Translations under genes and position numbers: made by a program
Origin: Basidiobolus meristosporus CBS 931.73
Lineage: Eukaryota; Fungi; Basidiobolomycota
DNA length: 49,607 nucleotides
Assembly: GCA_002104905.1 (NCBI GenBank)
Contig: MCFE01000653.1
Coordinates: 1 to 49,607 of the forward strand
Reading direction: 5' to 3'
Shown here: positions 49,273-49,607 of the stretch, one piece after another
Layout: each line of letters opens with the position of its first letter
Position numbering within the stretch: position 1 is the first letter of the stretch
Notes under the pieces: generated by a model
Database searches by the model: none
Seen by the model: only the letters and a program-made list of their open reading frames with translations
Told to the model about the DNA's origin: nothing

Positions 49273-49607
49273 AATATATCTATTTCTGTCTGAAAAGGAT
49301 CTGCTGATTCATTTGCTGACTAATGCTACTGATTTCATAGATAATACTGATATACTGATAACCTAAACATATTCTAATTGATTTGACTATAAACTGATCT
49401 AACTTAAACATTCAAGCGGCAGATCATAACATTCTCCCCTACTAAAGTTGAGAGAGTTCTCCTGAATCTCTTTTCTTGTGATACCAATATCTTGATGGTT
49501 CAGTATTATCAGCAAGTCTTGTACGCTTGAGTCTGTCTCTGTGCACTAAGTCTTCCCGGATATTACCTTGTTTGTCCACCAGTTGGTAAGTTGCAAATGG
49601 ACATTCT
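49273..49607 (-). mobile_element. Gypsy family B: integrase C-terminus, PPT and first ~160 bp of the 3' LTR
   Basis: LTR start TGTTATGATC at 49431; PPT AGTAGGGGAGAA at 49443-49432; homologous to 44527-44860. Confidence 0.85.

Noticed and set aside
1-49607. The many 60-135 aa ORFs antisense to or shifted against TE genes; also tRNA, rRNA and CRISPR
   Set aside because: The ORFs are shadow frames of repeats with no independent motifs. No RNA-gene or CRISPR pattern was seen.

Overview
Eukaryotic, probably fungal, heterochromatin-like window made almost entirely of nested transposable elements. The host guess comes from a copia primer site matching the fungal-type initiator tRNA-Met loop GGGCTCATAACC. 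Older copies are strongly CpG-depleted. Contents: (i) one young, nearly intact Ty1/copia element (31951-36635; 350-bp LTRs with 3 mismatches, AGGAC TSD, half-tRNA-iMet PBS) inserted in a Ty3/gypsy RNase H, plus three decayed relatives and several solo LTRs; (ii) gypsy-type LTR families, one of which appears to target RCGC; (iii) several relics of a CACTA/CMC-like DNA transposon with CACCC-like termini and two divergent ORFs; (iv) a family of RGACTTGTTC-terminated, 3-bp-TSD elements (PIF/Harbinger-like): four MITEs and one large CpG-rich copy ending at 49272; (v) inside that copy, a ~415-codon Myb/SANT-like ORF that is only visible after removing a 1071-bp solo LTR and reading through one TAA; (vi) a young non-autonomous copia-like element with a scrambled interior. 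I found no intact host gene, RNA gene or CRISPR array. Family letters A-G are my own labels. Boundaries of decayed relics are approximate and were read by eye.
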